NCBI GenBank assembly: GCA_951406725.2
Contig: OX597826.1
Location: 10,292,001-10,356,000, forward strand
Reading direction: 5' to 3'
Source of the DNA: Octopus vulgaris
Taxonomy: Eukaryota
Length of the DNA: 64,000 nucleotides
Made by a program: the position numbers and the translations under genes. The number at the start of each line of letters is the position of its first letter. The stretch's first letter is position 1. The notes beneath the pieces are model-generated. The model had not been told where the DNA came from. It did no database searches and saw only the letters and a program-made list of their open reading frames with translations. Shown one piece after another: positions 39,665 through 53,854 of the stretch.

Positions 39665-40047
39665 CAGAAGTTCTCAACGTGGGCAGTACTGCCCCCAAGC
39701 GGGCACTGGGCTTTATGAATGGTGGCATAACATAATTAACATGCTAAATTTCATCTATGGAAGTAATTACATTATATATGATAAAACTAGTCATGGTTTT
39801 TAAGATAAAATGAGTTCTTATCAGATACAAGGAAGTTGTTAACTTGCAATATGTAACATGAATTCACAACTTTTGTCTTTATTGATATTTTATCATTTCA
39901 CTGTTAAAAACTTATACAATTGATTTTTAGAAATAAAGTTTAAAAATTATCATTCATGTTAAGTTACTTTAGTCATGGTACCTCACTTGTCACTGAGCTA
40001 CTTAAAGTGAGGTGGGGCCGCTACAAAAAAAGGGTTAAAAGCCACTA
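39665..40047. mobile_element. hAT/Charlie-type MITE
   Basis: Degenerate TIRs cagaagttctcaac / gttaaaagccacta with subterminal gcccc / ggggc. Confidence 0.5.
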
Positions 40048-43000
40048 ATCTAAACCTATAGCCTGGTTGTTAAATGCCTTCTCCTTATCAAATGCTTCAA
40101 TCCTCATTTACAGTGTTGCCTTCTGCTTAGTACCAAAGAATTGGCTTCACTGCCACAGGCCTTTCTGCCCTTTCTTGAGAAATAATCTTTTACTCATATA
40201 ACTTAGAGTGGAAGGAGTTATATAAATAAACTTAGAGTGGCCCTCCTTTTCTATACAACCAAATGAAGGCAACATCTGTAAGAAGTAGGTCAATCTGAAC
40301 AATTTGCAAAAAGGCCCTTGTGCTATGTGCATGGAGAACATGTAGAGTACACATGAAGCAACGAAGGCGATTCATGTAGCAGAGTGGAAACTATGAATTA
40401 AAAATCGAAACATTGTTGAGTGGATAATTCAGTCCTAAAAGACTGCTATGAACTCAGTTCATACTGTAAAGCAGTTGATGATCGGAAGGGCATCCAGTCA
40501 ATAAAATCATGTCAAACTCATGATGGACACAAACTGAATGAAATTCTTATTGGATGTGCAGGTTTCTCATCAGGTTGAGGTTTCTCATCAGGTTGAGGTT
40601 TCTCTTCATCTTACCTCTTATATACAACTTATCCAGATTTCCTTACATCATGCCAACATTGATGGCCATACTTCTGAAGTTTTGCACCTGACAAGAAGAG
40701 AATCTCCAGTGATGGCTGGTATTTTTTCTACATCAGAAAGTAAGAAAGTTAGTGTAATCATTTAAAGGTGGTCAAGGGATTCTAAGAAATGGCCAGATTC
40801 CCCCACTTGTGCAGGACTGATATTAACCATGGCAGTACAATACACAATTGTAGGGTGGTCAGGTGGTCAGTTGATTTCAGCATAACCAAACACACTGTGT
40901 CATGTCCCTGCAACACACGGACAACATAAATAGAGTTCTTCTCAAAGTTGTTACAAATGTTAAGCCGAGTAATTCTTCATGAGCTGGCATTTCAACATGG
41001 AATACTGGCTGTTAGTATGTCAGAAGACAAGGTGGCAAGCTAGCAGAATCTTTACCATGTCAGACAAAATGCTTAGCAGCACTTTGTCTGACTTTACATT
41101 CTGAGTTCAAATTCTACTGAGACCGACTTTGCCTTTCATCCTTTCAGGTTTGATAAAATAAGTACCAGTTGAGTACTGGGGTCGGTGTAGCCAATTTACA
41201 CTCTCTCTTGAAATTGCTGGCCTTGTGCCAAAATTTGAAACCAATACGTCAGGAGGAGAAAACTCATTGTAATCTAGTCTCTGTCTGCCATAATAAAGAT
41301 TTCGTCTAACTAAACACGATTTTATTTTCATAAAGGAAGAAATTCTAGTCATTTGAATTAATCATAGTTGATTGTTTTCTTTTCAGAGATGAGTGTGGAG
41401 GAAATGTTGACATTATAAGCGCAGAAATGGGTGTGAGGTTAAGAAGCTTACATTGTAACCACACAGTTTGGGGTTCAGTCCCACTGCATGGTACTTTGGA
41501 CAAGTGTTTAATCCTAAAGTCCTGGGCCAACCAATGCCTTGTTAGGGAATTTGTTAGATGGAAACTTGTAGAAACCCATTGTATGTGTATGAGTGCGTGT
41601 GTGTGTGTGTGTGTGTATCTCTCTTTGTTGTGTTTGCCCCACCCCTCCCTTGTGGTGGCTTGTAAATGTGCCTGTAGCTTAGTGATTCAGCAAAACAGAC
41701 TGATAGGACAAGCTCCAGACTTAAAAATAATGAGCACTGGGGTTGATTTGTTTGATTAAAATCCTTGAAGGTGGTGCTCCAGTATGACCACACTCCAATG
41801 ACTGAAACAAGTAAAAGATAAAAGGAGAATATCCTGTAGGCTGGGATTCTTGGGGTGGAGGGTGGGTCAGAGAAATATGGATGGAGGTAGTATGCTGTGG
41901 TTTCCAAATGCTTTTTTTAATCGAGACACTCTTCAGAGCAAACAAAAATATTTCAAATAAACGGGTATTTGTATATTTTATGTATTTACATATTTTAGCC
42001 AATAATGAAGTAAAAGTAATTTAAACTATATAAAATTATTCAGTATATATTTCTTTATTTAATAAGTGAAGCATCTATAGTATTATTCTGCTTGACATGG
42101 TACATTGTTATACTTTAAACAACCTTAACAATGAAACTAAAATCAATGACATAACAGGAATGCCTAATAATTCTTTCTGTCATAGGGACAAGGCCTGAAA
42201 ATTTGTGGTGGAGGCAAATCAATTACATTGACCCCAGTGCTCAACTGGTACTTGTTTTATTGACCCCGAAGGGATGAAAGGCAAAATCAACCTTAATAGA
42301 ATTTGAACTCTGAATGTGAAGCCAGAAGAAGTATCATGCAGCAATTTGCTTGGCACAGTAACAATTCTATCAGCCCACCACCTTTTGGAATGTTTAATGA
42401 TAAAACAATTTTGAAAGTATCTTACAGTCAAGATCTTAAACTACGGAAGAAAATCAAAGATATTATCAAAATCTCTAACATGACAAAACAAGTTTGAGTC
42501 TTTAAACAGTTTTAACTATGAAACAAAATCTAAGACATAATTATGTAAAACCATTAACACATCAAAACAAGAAAATTGCAGCAAAACTGCATGCTAGTGG
42601 TGTCAGACGTGGTACACTGACCGTCGTATAACTTGTTTGACATTCTTCTTCTCTTCTGTTTTATTTTGACATGTGCATTGCATTTTTATTCTTCTCTTTT
42701 GTTTTCAAATTCATACTTTCCTTTCCAGTTCCTATTCAAAACTGTTTACAGATCACAACCGTCTCAGGAACCTGCGGCCGTAAGGAGCACTTCATACTTC
42801 GATGATTGTGAAATAAAATATGTTACACTTTAAACGGTCTTATCTATAGAAGAAAATCACAGACGTAATCAATATCTTTAGCAGGACAAAACAAGTTTGA
42901 GTGTTGTGCTTAAAACAGCCTCAACTATGGAATAACATCTAAGACAAATCTAAATCTTTAACATAATGAAATAATATGAAAAGTTATAAATTTATGCAAC

Positions 43001-43810
43001 AAAATAGAAATATAAAGATTTATAAAGTATGTAAATTTCTACAAGTCCTCCTGAATAGTTATTAAGACTTTATATTTAGAATCATAGTGTGTATTTTTCG
43101 CATTTTGTTAAAAGAAAAAGAAAGATAATTCTATTATTTTTCTAGCATACCAAGTTAGATCTTGTAGAACACAAGTGTGTTATAGTGCACTGTTTGTGAA
43201 CTACTTCTCTAGATAGACACAGAATGTAAAGTCAATACTGCCTGGAGAGGTATGAACTAGATATATAAGACACTATGTTAGAAATTGTAATATTATTTAT
43301 TATCTGTAAATCATGTATCTTCACTTTTGTAGTTTCTTTTGATAATGAACACCTGAATCTTCCCCAGACTCTCTTACTTGCAGAAGACAAAAAAGATTGT
43401 TTCAGTTTTAGAACGATGGCTCTGCTTAGCGAACACATTAATCTTCTTGTCTCCCTGACAGTCAAACCAGCTGTGAAAAACGTCAAGTTTCAGGGATGGA
43501 TTTGAAAAAACATATTGACAGGTTTTACAAAGGATGTTTACTTACTGATTCTTATTATTCACTGCCATGCAAACGCATAAAACAAAATAGGGAACTGAGC
43601 AATAGTCTGTGTAAATATAGTGTGACACTTATCCCTTATTGATTCAGTATTTTATAGGATTTTTTTCCTTATCATCCACATAGCATTAAATAAGAAATCC
43701 CAGTTTCATAGCTTAGTAGAGAAATACAGATATAACAAATACCATACAACATTAAAAAATTCTTGATTTATTCAAAATTAATAATAATAATAAAAATAAT
43801 AAAAATAGTA

Positions 43811-43862
<52 letters not shown>

Positions 43863-43968
43863 CGGCGACGACGACGACAACAACAACAACAACAACAATA
43901 ATAATAATAATTATAACAACATCGAAAAATACCTTAGGAATGAGAACTCGGGTTTGAAATTTCCCCAA

Positions 43969-44014
43969 GACACCTGATGAAGGCTGGAGGGTATATCAGC
44001 CGAAATGTTGTGTT
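43969..44014 (+). ncRNA. minimal type-I hammerhead ribozyme motif within a ~180 bp repeat unit (43921-44100)
   Basis: GACAC-CUGAUGA-A-GGCUG(GAGGGUAUAU)CAGCC-GAAA-UG-UU-GUGUU: 5-bp stem I, perfect 5-bp stem II, intact core. Confidence 0.75.
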
Positions 44015-45371
44015 AACAACCAAGATGAGGACAAATATCTGTCAATTTTAAATAATGTAAATAATGTAAATAATTCCTCATCTCTTAATTATAGAGCTGT
44101 AAAATACTTTGGCAATGATAGCGTCTATGTAATTGATCTATTGTTGTCAGGTCAGCTCTGACTGAACAAACCTATATCAAAGATGTTCAAAATATATTTG
44201 ACATAGCTGTGTGTGTGTGTGTGTGTGTGTGTGACAGTTACATTTCATTCTTTGTACAGTCATAGGGTATATCTACAATATCCATTGTGTCTTACTCTTT
44301 TAAGATGGCTGAATGTCATTTGAAAAAGAGTTGGCTGTTTTCTAGCTTGTTGAACTCAAATCTTTGGCTCAGCCTCACATGATCCATTTTATGCCACAGA
44401 CCAATTCTGTTCAACAAATTCTCTTATGAGAAATATATGTTTAATTCCTAAATGTTTGGATAACGTGTCCCACAATTAAAACCGAATGTGGTAGCAGGGT
44501 GGGATTTGAGAGTGATTTGGTTGCCATTTCTAACAGTTTGAGAGACAATGTAGAGGCTCCCTTGTTAATTTGTAAAATTATGACAACAAGTAGAGAGAGG
44601 GAGGGAGAGAGAGGGAGGGAGAGAGAGAGAGAGAGAGGGAGAGAGAGAGAGAGAGAGAGAGAAAGGGGGTAGGGAGAGAGAGAGGGAGAGAAGGGGCAGG
44701 CTAGAACATGCTTTATTATAAGGTCTGCTTGAGCAGAACTGATCTGGGACTAAACGACGATGACAAAAACAACAACAACAAGTCACAGTGGCAGCAATAG
44801 CAACAACAGCAATAGCAACAACAATAGCAACAGAATGGTTGTTACTAATGCAGAGCAATTGTTTCATTTGATTGGTTATCTTTGTTCCATAAGTCAGATG
44901 AAGCAGAGCTGATTGGAACTGCTCACAATCGACAATAGCAACAACAACAACAGTTAATAAATATTGATTGAAGGTCACAGTGAATTTGGCCTGTCTCTTA
45001 TTGGTTTAACTTTATGGTCTAGCTTAGTTAACGTTAGTTATTGGTACTTTTTATTGTGTCAAGAATAGTATATGATAAAACTGAAGAAAAAACAAAAACC
45101 AAACAGATTTTAACCTTAAATCTACAATTTCAAGTTTGATGTTTGACTTAGAAGCTTTTTTGAAAAGAAGTTTATGTTGCATTTGGCCAACAATGGTATT
45201 GTTTGTTCCAGGTTTTCAGTGAACCAACCACTCATTTGCTGCATTTATGACAGCAAAGAGTAACAAGGAAGTGCCTGTGAATTTGGTGTGGAACAAATAT
45301 TGTATGGGACTTCATTTGAAGAGTACGAGGTTTTCATTTTCTCACTGATTTTTATACTCTTTATTGATATA

Positions 45372-45830
45372 CTTATTTCTTTATTGCCCAGAACGGGCTA
45401 AACATAGAGGAGACAAACAAGGACAGACAAAGGGATTAAGTCGATTACATTGACCCCAGTGTGTAACTGGTACTTAATTTGTCGACCCCGCTAGGATGAA
45501 AGGCAAAGTCAACCTCGGCGGAATTTGAACTCAGAATGTAACAGCAGACGAAATACCTATTTCTTTACTATACACAAGGGGCTAAACACAGAGAGGACAA
45601 ACAAGGACAGACAAACGGATTAAGTCGATTATATCAACCCCAGTGCATAACTGGTACTTAATTTATCGACCCTGAAAGATGAAAGGCAAAGTCGACCTCG
45701 GCGGAATTTGAACTCAACGTAACGGCAGACGAAATACCGCTAAGCATTTCGCTTGGCGTGCTAACGTTTCTGCCAACTCGCCGCCTTATCTGCCAACTCG
45801 TCGCCTTATCTGCTAACTCGCTGCCTTGTT
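45372..45830 (-). mobile_element. tandem/dimeric SINE family B
   Basis: Two consecutive copies of the 36603-36840 unit and a short duplicated head end. Confidence 0.8.
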
Positions 45831-46299
45831 TATTGATATACATAAGCAAAACACATACGTGCACACATTGTCATTGTTATCGTCATTGTCATTTTTCATG
45901 CTTGGATGACTCGGAAGAAATTTGTTGAGATAGATTTTATATGGCTGAATGTTTTTCTCTTGCCAACACACACCTATTCCCAAGCAAGATAAAATCTTCC
46001 CAAGTCCTTTGAACATGGACAACACATTGGCCAGGCATACTTTCATGGAAGAATGCAAAAAAAATGAAACTATTTGTATGATGGTGGTTACAATTAGAAT
46101 GTGATATCAAGACAAAGAAACATGAACACACACACACACACACTTGCACAACACCCAATTGAATGAATGACAAAAGAACAGGAGCTACTTATTCATTTTT
46201 GTAAGCTTACTGTTGTTTCTGCTATAAGTAAGCAAGCATCCAGAGCTGAATGCTCATGCAACATCTAAATGAAGAGTCTTTACTGTGGAAAGCATTTAA

Positions 46300-46356
<57 letters not shown>

Positions 46357-46357
<1 letters not shown>

Positions 46358-46720
46358 TAGCAGCTAAGCCTGGTTTCACCCGGTCTGTTTGGATGATGTG
46401 GCTTTGATCGTTTTGGGTTAGGCATAATCTATAATAGCGTTTTTCAGCCTTATCATTTCGGGTCCCCTGTTTCGATTGGAGCCTCCAGCTGTATGAAAAT
46501 TTCCTGAGCCCCACCCTCGTCAGAAAACAGCTTCAGGAGTTGTGAAGAAAGAATTTGTACATAGTCTGTTTCTGAGAGCTATTCTATTGGACCTCTGTGT
46601 ACTCACGTCTTTTAAGATACATACATAGAAAATGTGAGGTCATGGTAGAAAATTTTTACGATAGTTGATTTATGGAAAAGATTATGCTAAATTTTTGAAA
46701 TGCAAATATGTGAATGAAAA
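46357..46720 (-). mobile_element. Helitron-like 3' end fragment
   Basis: gCTAGcagctaagcctggtttcacccgg: CTAG terminus with adjacent GC-rich hairpin, next to (TA)n. Confidence 0.45.
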
Positions 46721-46767
46721 TTAAGTTCAGGCCTCTACATGGTAGCTAGACCTGGTAGAAATAGCAG

Positions 46768-46804
<37 letters not shown>

Positions 46805-46836
46805 TCATATACATATATATATACATATATATATGC

Positions 46837-46889
<53 letters not shown>

Positions 46890-47059
46890 CATATTTGTAT
46901 ACATATATATATATATAAATTAGAGAAAAACCACTATTATGCAATTCAAACAATGATAGACATAAACCAAATCATAAATAAAAAATAAAATATATTTTAA
47001 AACATACAACTAGATCACAAAAGTACAAAAATGAATAAACAATATATCATAAGTAAAAA

Positions 47060-47160
47060 GACTACGTACGTTTCATGGCTATAATTTAAATCCAAATTAC
47101 AATTAAATTCAAATTTAATCGAAAAACAATTCAATTTAAAATTATAATCACTCTCAGGTC
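47060..47160 (-). ncRNA. degenerate type-I hammerhead motif (1-nt core deletion) in an AT-rich Penelope-like remnant (~46920-48240)
   Basis: Minus GAC-CUGAGA-GUGAUUAUAAUUU...AAAUUAUAGCCAU-GAAA-CGUACG-UA-GUC: 13-bp stem II with one mismatch, palindromic stem III. Confidence 0.55.
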
Positions 47161-47765
47161 AACAATGATAAATAGTTAAATAAATAAGCAAATAGAATTA
47201 AACACTATTCCTTAAAGAAAGAAAATCATGATTTTTCTTAAAGAAGAAACTCCATTAACTAAATTTGAAACTTAAAACATTAGGACCAGTTGCCTACAAT
47301 ACATTTATCATGTTAAGTATTTAAGGTAAAAAAAATAGAGTAAATAGATAGAAAAATGTATTTATCTGTGAAGATATAATTTAGCTTTAATAAAAAATAT
47401 TAATAAACTATAGAATATCTTTAACCTAGCTATACTCTAATATTTTATTACCAAACTATTTTACAAAACAATCACACTTAATTTTTTAGATGTTAGTTCA
47501 CATATAATAATTATAAAATAATAAAATTATAAAATATATAAAAGTACGCATCTAAATTATAATCAACAAATATAGCAATTAGAAATCCATATTTTTTCAA
47601 TCAATAAACATATAAATATATAAATAAATTACTCCATTATTACTTAGATAAATATTAAAGATATCATTCTGAAAATATTTATGAAATAAAAAAATAAGAA
47701 ATGAAAAATTCCAAAACTAAAAACGTATAACTTATCGTTTATAAAATTATTTGCGAAAAAAGTAC

Positions 47766-47823
<58 letters not shown>

Positions 47824-47841
47824 TATTATTATTAAATTTAA

Positions 47842-48240
47842 TAGTACTAGAAATATGATAAAAACCGATAGTTATACTAAAACATTTTTACAATCTAAAT
47901 CTCAAAGTAACAAACTAATATTTTACAATTTACGTTCAGATATAATAATTATAAAATAATAATAATTAAATAAATGTATGTATCTAAATTATCATTAACA
48001 AATAAAAAATTAGAAATTCATATTTAATAATGTACTTTATATAAGTATTGATTGATAAATATGAATTTCTAATTTTTTGTTTGTTAATGATAATTTAGAT
48101 ACATACATTTATTTAATAATTATTATTTTATAATTATTATATCTGAACGTAAATTGTAAAATATTAGTTTGTTACTTTGTGATTTAGATTGTAAAAATGT
48201 TTTAGTATAACTAAAAGCTCTTATTATATTTCTAGTACTA
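47842..48240. repeat. ~185 bp near-perfect inverted repeat with 29 nt spacer
   Basis: 47842-48026 is the reverse complement of 48056-48240. A diverged direct copy lies at ~47425-47600. Confidence 0.85.
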
Positions 48241-48288
48241 TGGTTGGAAAGCAAATTTTTTACCACACAGTCAAGTGTATGGTTAAAA

Positions 48289-48324
<36 letters not shown>

Positions 48325-48483
48325 TGCCTCTTTTTATGGAAACAAAAGGGTTTATAGAACTGCAAAAATCAAGTGCTCAAATGAAATTGAGACAGAGAAA
48401 AAAGAGTATTGATTAGTGAACAAATATCAAATTCGAGTAAATGACTTTATACAACACCACGCCTTCATACAGTTGATCAGATA

Positions 48484-48523
<40 letters not shown>

Positions 48524-48839
48524 CCATGGCCTTCAACAAATGAAAGGAAATTGTATATAAAAACACAGAAGGTAAACAATATATATGCACATAAAAATAC
48601 AAATATATAGAACAGCCTATGAAGAAAAGGTATATACAATTGATTAAAAATAATTAATCAAAATGAATTACTAAAGGGTGTCAGGCAACTAAAGAGCTTT
48701 AAAAATGTATCAATCGACTAAAAAAGAAAGTTTTTACTCCCCTCAATTAAAGATATGTCAAAATAGTTTGTTTCCTAAGACCCACGGCAGGTTGAAGTCC
48801 AAGGAGCATAAGAGAATTCCACAAAGTCAAGTCAAAACA

Positions 48840-48924
48840 CATCTATGTCCATTTCGGGAGTTCACTGCCACAGTCCAATTATGAGTTAAAGTGCATCTTG
48901 GTAATGATCCCCTTCATCAGGATA
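48840..48924 (-). ncRNA. type-I hammerhead ribozyme motif with extended stem II
   Basis: Minus UAUC-CUGAUGA-A-GGGGAUCAUUACCA...UGGCAGUGAACUCCC-GAAA-UGGACA-UA-GAUG: intact core, 3-bp stem III, AUA triplet. Confidence 0.65.
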
Positions 48925-49029
48925 AACAGGAATCTCAGCAATTAGTTATTCACAAGAGTTACAAAATGGCTGCAGAACCTAATTTAAAGATAATAACCTA
49001 TAGCAGGATCAGTCCAAAATGTTCTAAAA

Positions 49030-49065
<36 letters not shown>

Positions 49066-49224
49066 ATTCGAGACAAAACCACTATTTTAAAATAGTGGTT
49101 TTAAAATAGTGGTTTTGTCTCGAATTATATTATATAATATTTTACTATAAAATTGGATTTAACCCTAAATCTGATTTTTCCCTGTAATTTTGGATTCATT
49201 CCCTAATATTTATTATATATATAT

Positions 49225-49267
<43 letters not shown>

Positions 49268-49430
49268 TCAATATATGTATATAATTTTTCAGTTATCTAT
49301 TCACACACGATAGATGTCCAAGCACAAACCTGGAAGAACATATTACACTACTACTGGATAGCACAGGATAAATCTGAAGGTGGACAAGCTTTATACTGTA
49401 CTCTACTACGTTCTTAACAGACTATACCAA

Positions 49431-49481
<51 letters not shown>

Positions 49482-49917
49482 GAAATGAGGTAATCAGAAG
49501 ATCGGATGGTTTATATTTACAGATATTTATTTATATATTACATTTTTTACATATATATCATATCATTTAGATCATTAGCGCTTTCTCCCATTCTAGTGGG
49601 GCTTTCAAATCAAAATAATTCCTTTGTGGGGAATTTTAATCATTTTATAGAGTTTCGTAGTGGTGGGGAGGAACAAGACAGCACAAGAGGGTGAAGTGGA
49701 TGAGGAGGAAGTGAGAGAGAGAGAACATGTGTGTATGTGTATGTGTGTGTGTGTGTGTGTGTATGTGTGCGCGTTTGTATCTGAGGCTAAAGAGAAAGAG
49801 GAGAAGGGAGAGAGAAGAAGAAGGATTTCCTTTGGTCTGCTGGACTCCAAGGGGGTTCTAAGAATTTTAGCTTTGACCATTTCAGTGTCACTGAGTGTGT
49901 TGGTGGGTAGGCAGGCC

Positions 49918-49959
<42 letters not shown>

Positions 49960-50305
49960 GGTAAGTTAGGGGTTATGGATCCAACCCACTAAGGGATAAT
50001 ATTTATCCAATATACTGTTGGTATAATACCCAAATTCTTAATACACAAGTCATTTTAATTGCAATGCAATTAACTTATTTATTGTATTAAATGGGTGAAA
50101 GTAAAGAAATATTTTACCATTAATTTATAATACAAATAAGAAACTGGAGAAACAATTTAGTTGGTTCATCAGCTTTCGGATATTAGAATGTTGAATTATT
50201 TATTCATTTAAAAAAATGAGAACCTTAATAGCATACATATATACATTATAATTCAATACATATAAGATGAACCAACTAAATTGTTTCTCCGTTTTCTTAT
50301 TTGTA

Positions 50306-51417
50306 TTCATCATCATCATCATCATCGTTTAGCGTCCGTTTTCCATGCTAGCATGGGTTGGACGGTTCTACTGGGGTCTGTGAAGCCAGAAGGCTTCATC
50401 AGGCCCAGTCAAATCTGGCAGTGTTTCTACGGCTGGATGCCCTTCCTAACGCCAACCACTCCATGAGTGTAGTGGGTGCTTTTTACGTGCCACCCGCACA
50501 GGTGCCAGACAGAGCTGGCAAATGGCCACGAACGGATGGTGCTTTTTATGTGCCACCGGCATGAGGGCCAGGCGAGGCTGGCAATGGACACGAAACGGGG
50601 CGGTGCTGGCAATGGTCGCGAAACAGAAGGTTCTCTTACATGCCACCGGCACTGGTAACACATCTGCTATTTCCATTGATCGATTTCCATTGATCGATTT
50701 CTATTCTGATCCTCACTTGCCTCAACGGGTCTTCACAAGTAGAGTTTCGACATGCCACCGGCGCTGGTAACACATCTGCAATTTCCATTGATCGATTTCG
50801 ATTCTGATCCTCACTTGCCTCAACAGGTCTTCACAAGTAGAGTTTTGTGTCCCAAGAAGGGAAGGTATGCATACGTAGGCTGGCTCCATCCCATGTAGAA
50901 GGCCACGGGTTATGGACTCACTTGTCCTGCCGGGTCTTCTCGTGCACAGCACACTTCCAGAGGTCTCGGTCTCTAGTCATTTCCTCAGTGAGACCTAAAG
51001 TTCGAAGGTCGTGCTTCATCACCTCATCCCAGGTTTTTCTGGGTCCGCAGGTTCCCTCAACAGCTAGGGTGTGGCACTTTTTCACACAACTATCTTCATC
51101 CATTCTCGCCACATGACCATACCAGCGCAAACGTCTCTCTTGCACACTACAACTGATGCTTCTTAGGTCCAGCTTTTCTCTCAAGGTACTTACACTCTGC
51201 CGAGTATGAGTACTGACATTACACATCCATCGGAGCATACTGGCTTCATTTCTTGCGAGCTTACGCATATCCTCAGCAGTCACGGCCCATGTTTCACTGC
51301 CATTTAGCATGGCTGTTCGTACACACGCATCATACAGTCTGCCTTTCACTCTGTGTGAGAGGCCTTTTGTCACCAGCAGAGGTAAGAGCTCTCTGAACTT
51401 TGCCCAAGCTATTCTTA
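50306..51417 (-). mobile_element. RTE LINE 3' portion (ORF end, 3'UTR, tail)
   Basis: RIAWAKFRELLPLL...GSETWAV...RRLRWYGHVARM...EKTRQDK*, UTR with an internal ~110 bp duplication (50639-50845) and a (CAT)n tail. Confidence 0.9.
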
Positions 51418-51439
51418 TATATATAATAATAATGAAATT

Positions 51440-52385
51440 ATTGTGTATAGTGGACAGGTGCATTACAACTCAGCAAAGGTGCATGTACAGTACATAGAAT
51501 TATGTACAAATGTGAGGAAAGTGAACAGTGTATGAGTCACAATATACATGTGTGCATGTGTATGGAGTGGTAGATGTCGGGTGTAGTGTTGGTGAATTTC
51601 AGAAAGCAAGGATGCAATGTTTTGGCTGCTAACAACTGATGCAGGTAGTTTGTTCCATGCTTCAGCAACTCTGGGTGTGAAAAAATGCTTCTGAAAGTCA
51701 TGGGAGCTGTGCTGCTTTCTGACCTTGTAGGCATGCCCATGTGTGTTTGTTAGACACATGAAGTTCAAAAAGGTGCTCAAGGTGGTTGTTGGCATGAGGG
51801 TTAATAATTTTGTGGGTGTTTACCAAGTCAGTTGCCAGACATCGGAGCTTCTATGTATCTATGCCCAGGGAAGCAAGGCATTCAGGATATGGTAGATGCC
51901 TGATGGAGGGTATTCACTTGGTTGCACTTCTCTGAACAGTTTCCAGACTGGTGATGCAAATTCCAAGTGTGGCTGCACCATAACCATATACAGCCTTGCC
52001 AAGACATTCCTCAGCCTTCTTGACAATTTTAGAGATGTGCTTTGTCCAGTGCAAATCACTGCTGACAGCAATGCCCATGTTACTTTCACAAGAAGACTTC
52101 TTGATATTAGTGTTGTGGAGAGAGTATGTGGACACTGGGATTTTCCTCCCAAAATGCATCGTGGTACCCTTGTCCACAGCCAGCTTGAGTTACCAGTCAG
52201 TGATCCGTTATTGCATTGTGTCCAGGTCTGATTGCAGGAAAGATCTATAGTATTCAGGATCTGTCATTTTTATCTCAAGGTACAGCTTGATGTCATCTGC
52301 ATATTTCAGCACTTTAAGTTGGTATCTATGTCATTAATGTATGCAACAAACAAAAGGGGACCAAGAATAGATCCTTGTGACACAC
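51440..52385 (-). mobile_element. CR1-clade LINE 3' fragment (degenerate)
   Basis: Minus SQGSILGPLLFVAYIND, ADD, PHLEFASPVW and HGHAYKVRKQ...FFTPRVAEAWNKLP, all typical of CR1/L2-group RT C-termini. Confidence 0.85.
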
Positions 52386-52724
52386 TAGATGACATCTTTT
52401 CAGCACCCCTCATACTTTCCACCTACCAAATTCCACTCACATAGAGCTGGTTAAAGTGGGTCTGCAATGGAAGGATAATTGTCCAAGATTCTCTGTTGTA
52501 GGATCAAGCCTGAAAGTACATGGTTGTAAAGTAAACTTCTTAATCATTCAGCCGTGAAAAACAAATTTAGTCAAACTCGAGTGAATTTTTAGTTTGTAAA
52601 AATATTTGTTCAGAATTTTAAAATTGAGTTTCACTTCATAAATTGCTTAGCAACTAAAATTATAAGGTGTGTGTGTGTGTGTGTGTGTGAATGAATTTAC
52701 ATAGATTGTGGATATTAATGTAAA

Positions 52725-52776
<52 letters not shown>

Positions 52777-52938
52777 CACACACACATATAATAACTAAAT
52801 GTATATTTTACACATACTTCATGGTGCATTGTAAACCACCAACTGTTGATAATATTACTATTGAGCAAATATTGGGGGTTTCTTCACTTATTATTTGTTA
52901 ATTTTAAAATAGATCACCGCTGGACTCCTCCTACTCCA

Positions 52939-53336
<398 letters not shown>

Positions 53337-53854
53337 AGCCTTTAGCCGCCATTTTTACCCCCATCACCAGCACCAACACCGAGGTGAGTCAATAAAGTAG
53401 GCCGTATGTGGTTTACAAAACCTACAAGAAATAGCAGCTGAATTGCTTTCAAATAACAGACTTAAAATCACCATTGCTACTCACTGTAAAAGAAGAACAC
53501 TTTGTTATATAAAAAGTAATATTTTTAAATTCTTGTTATGATGATGATGGTGGTGGTGGTGGTGGTGGTGGTGGTGGTTATATAAAAAGTTATATAAAAA
53601 GACTGCTGTATATCCCTGGAAAATCCACAGGTGGTAAATATTCAGTTTTATAGTTAATCTATAGTTAATTATATACGGCAAACTGAATCAAAAGGGATTC
53701 ATCGAATATAAATGATTTATGCATGGACAGGTATATGTTTGTTCATTTTAATTTTAATTCAGTATTCCGCTTACTGTATGATATGCTTGTGTTTCTATGA
53801 AATACAGAGATTATAAAAGCATCAGAGCCCAGCTAACTAAAAGACTTTGTCAGT

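Noticed and set aside
41895-41940. Minus-strand GCU-CUGAAGA...GAAA...AGC match
   Set aside because: Poor stem II and no UH cleavage site.
43232-43486. 84-aa minus-strand ORF
   Set aside because: No recognisable domain or splice context. The plus-strand reading has the better acceptor.
46447-46527. Minus-strand CUGACGA-GGGU...ACCC-GAAA hammerhead-like match
   Set aside because: Stem I would rely on U-G pairs only and it lies in a Helitron-like fragment, so it is probably chance.
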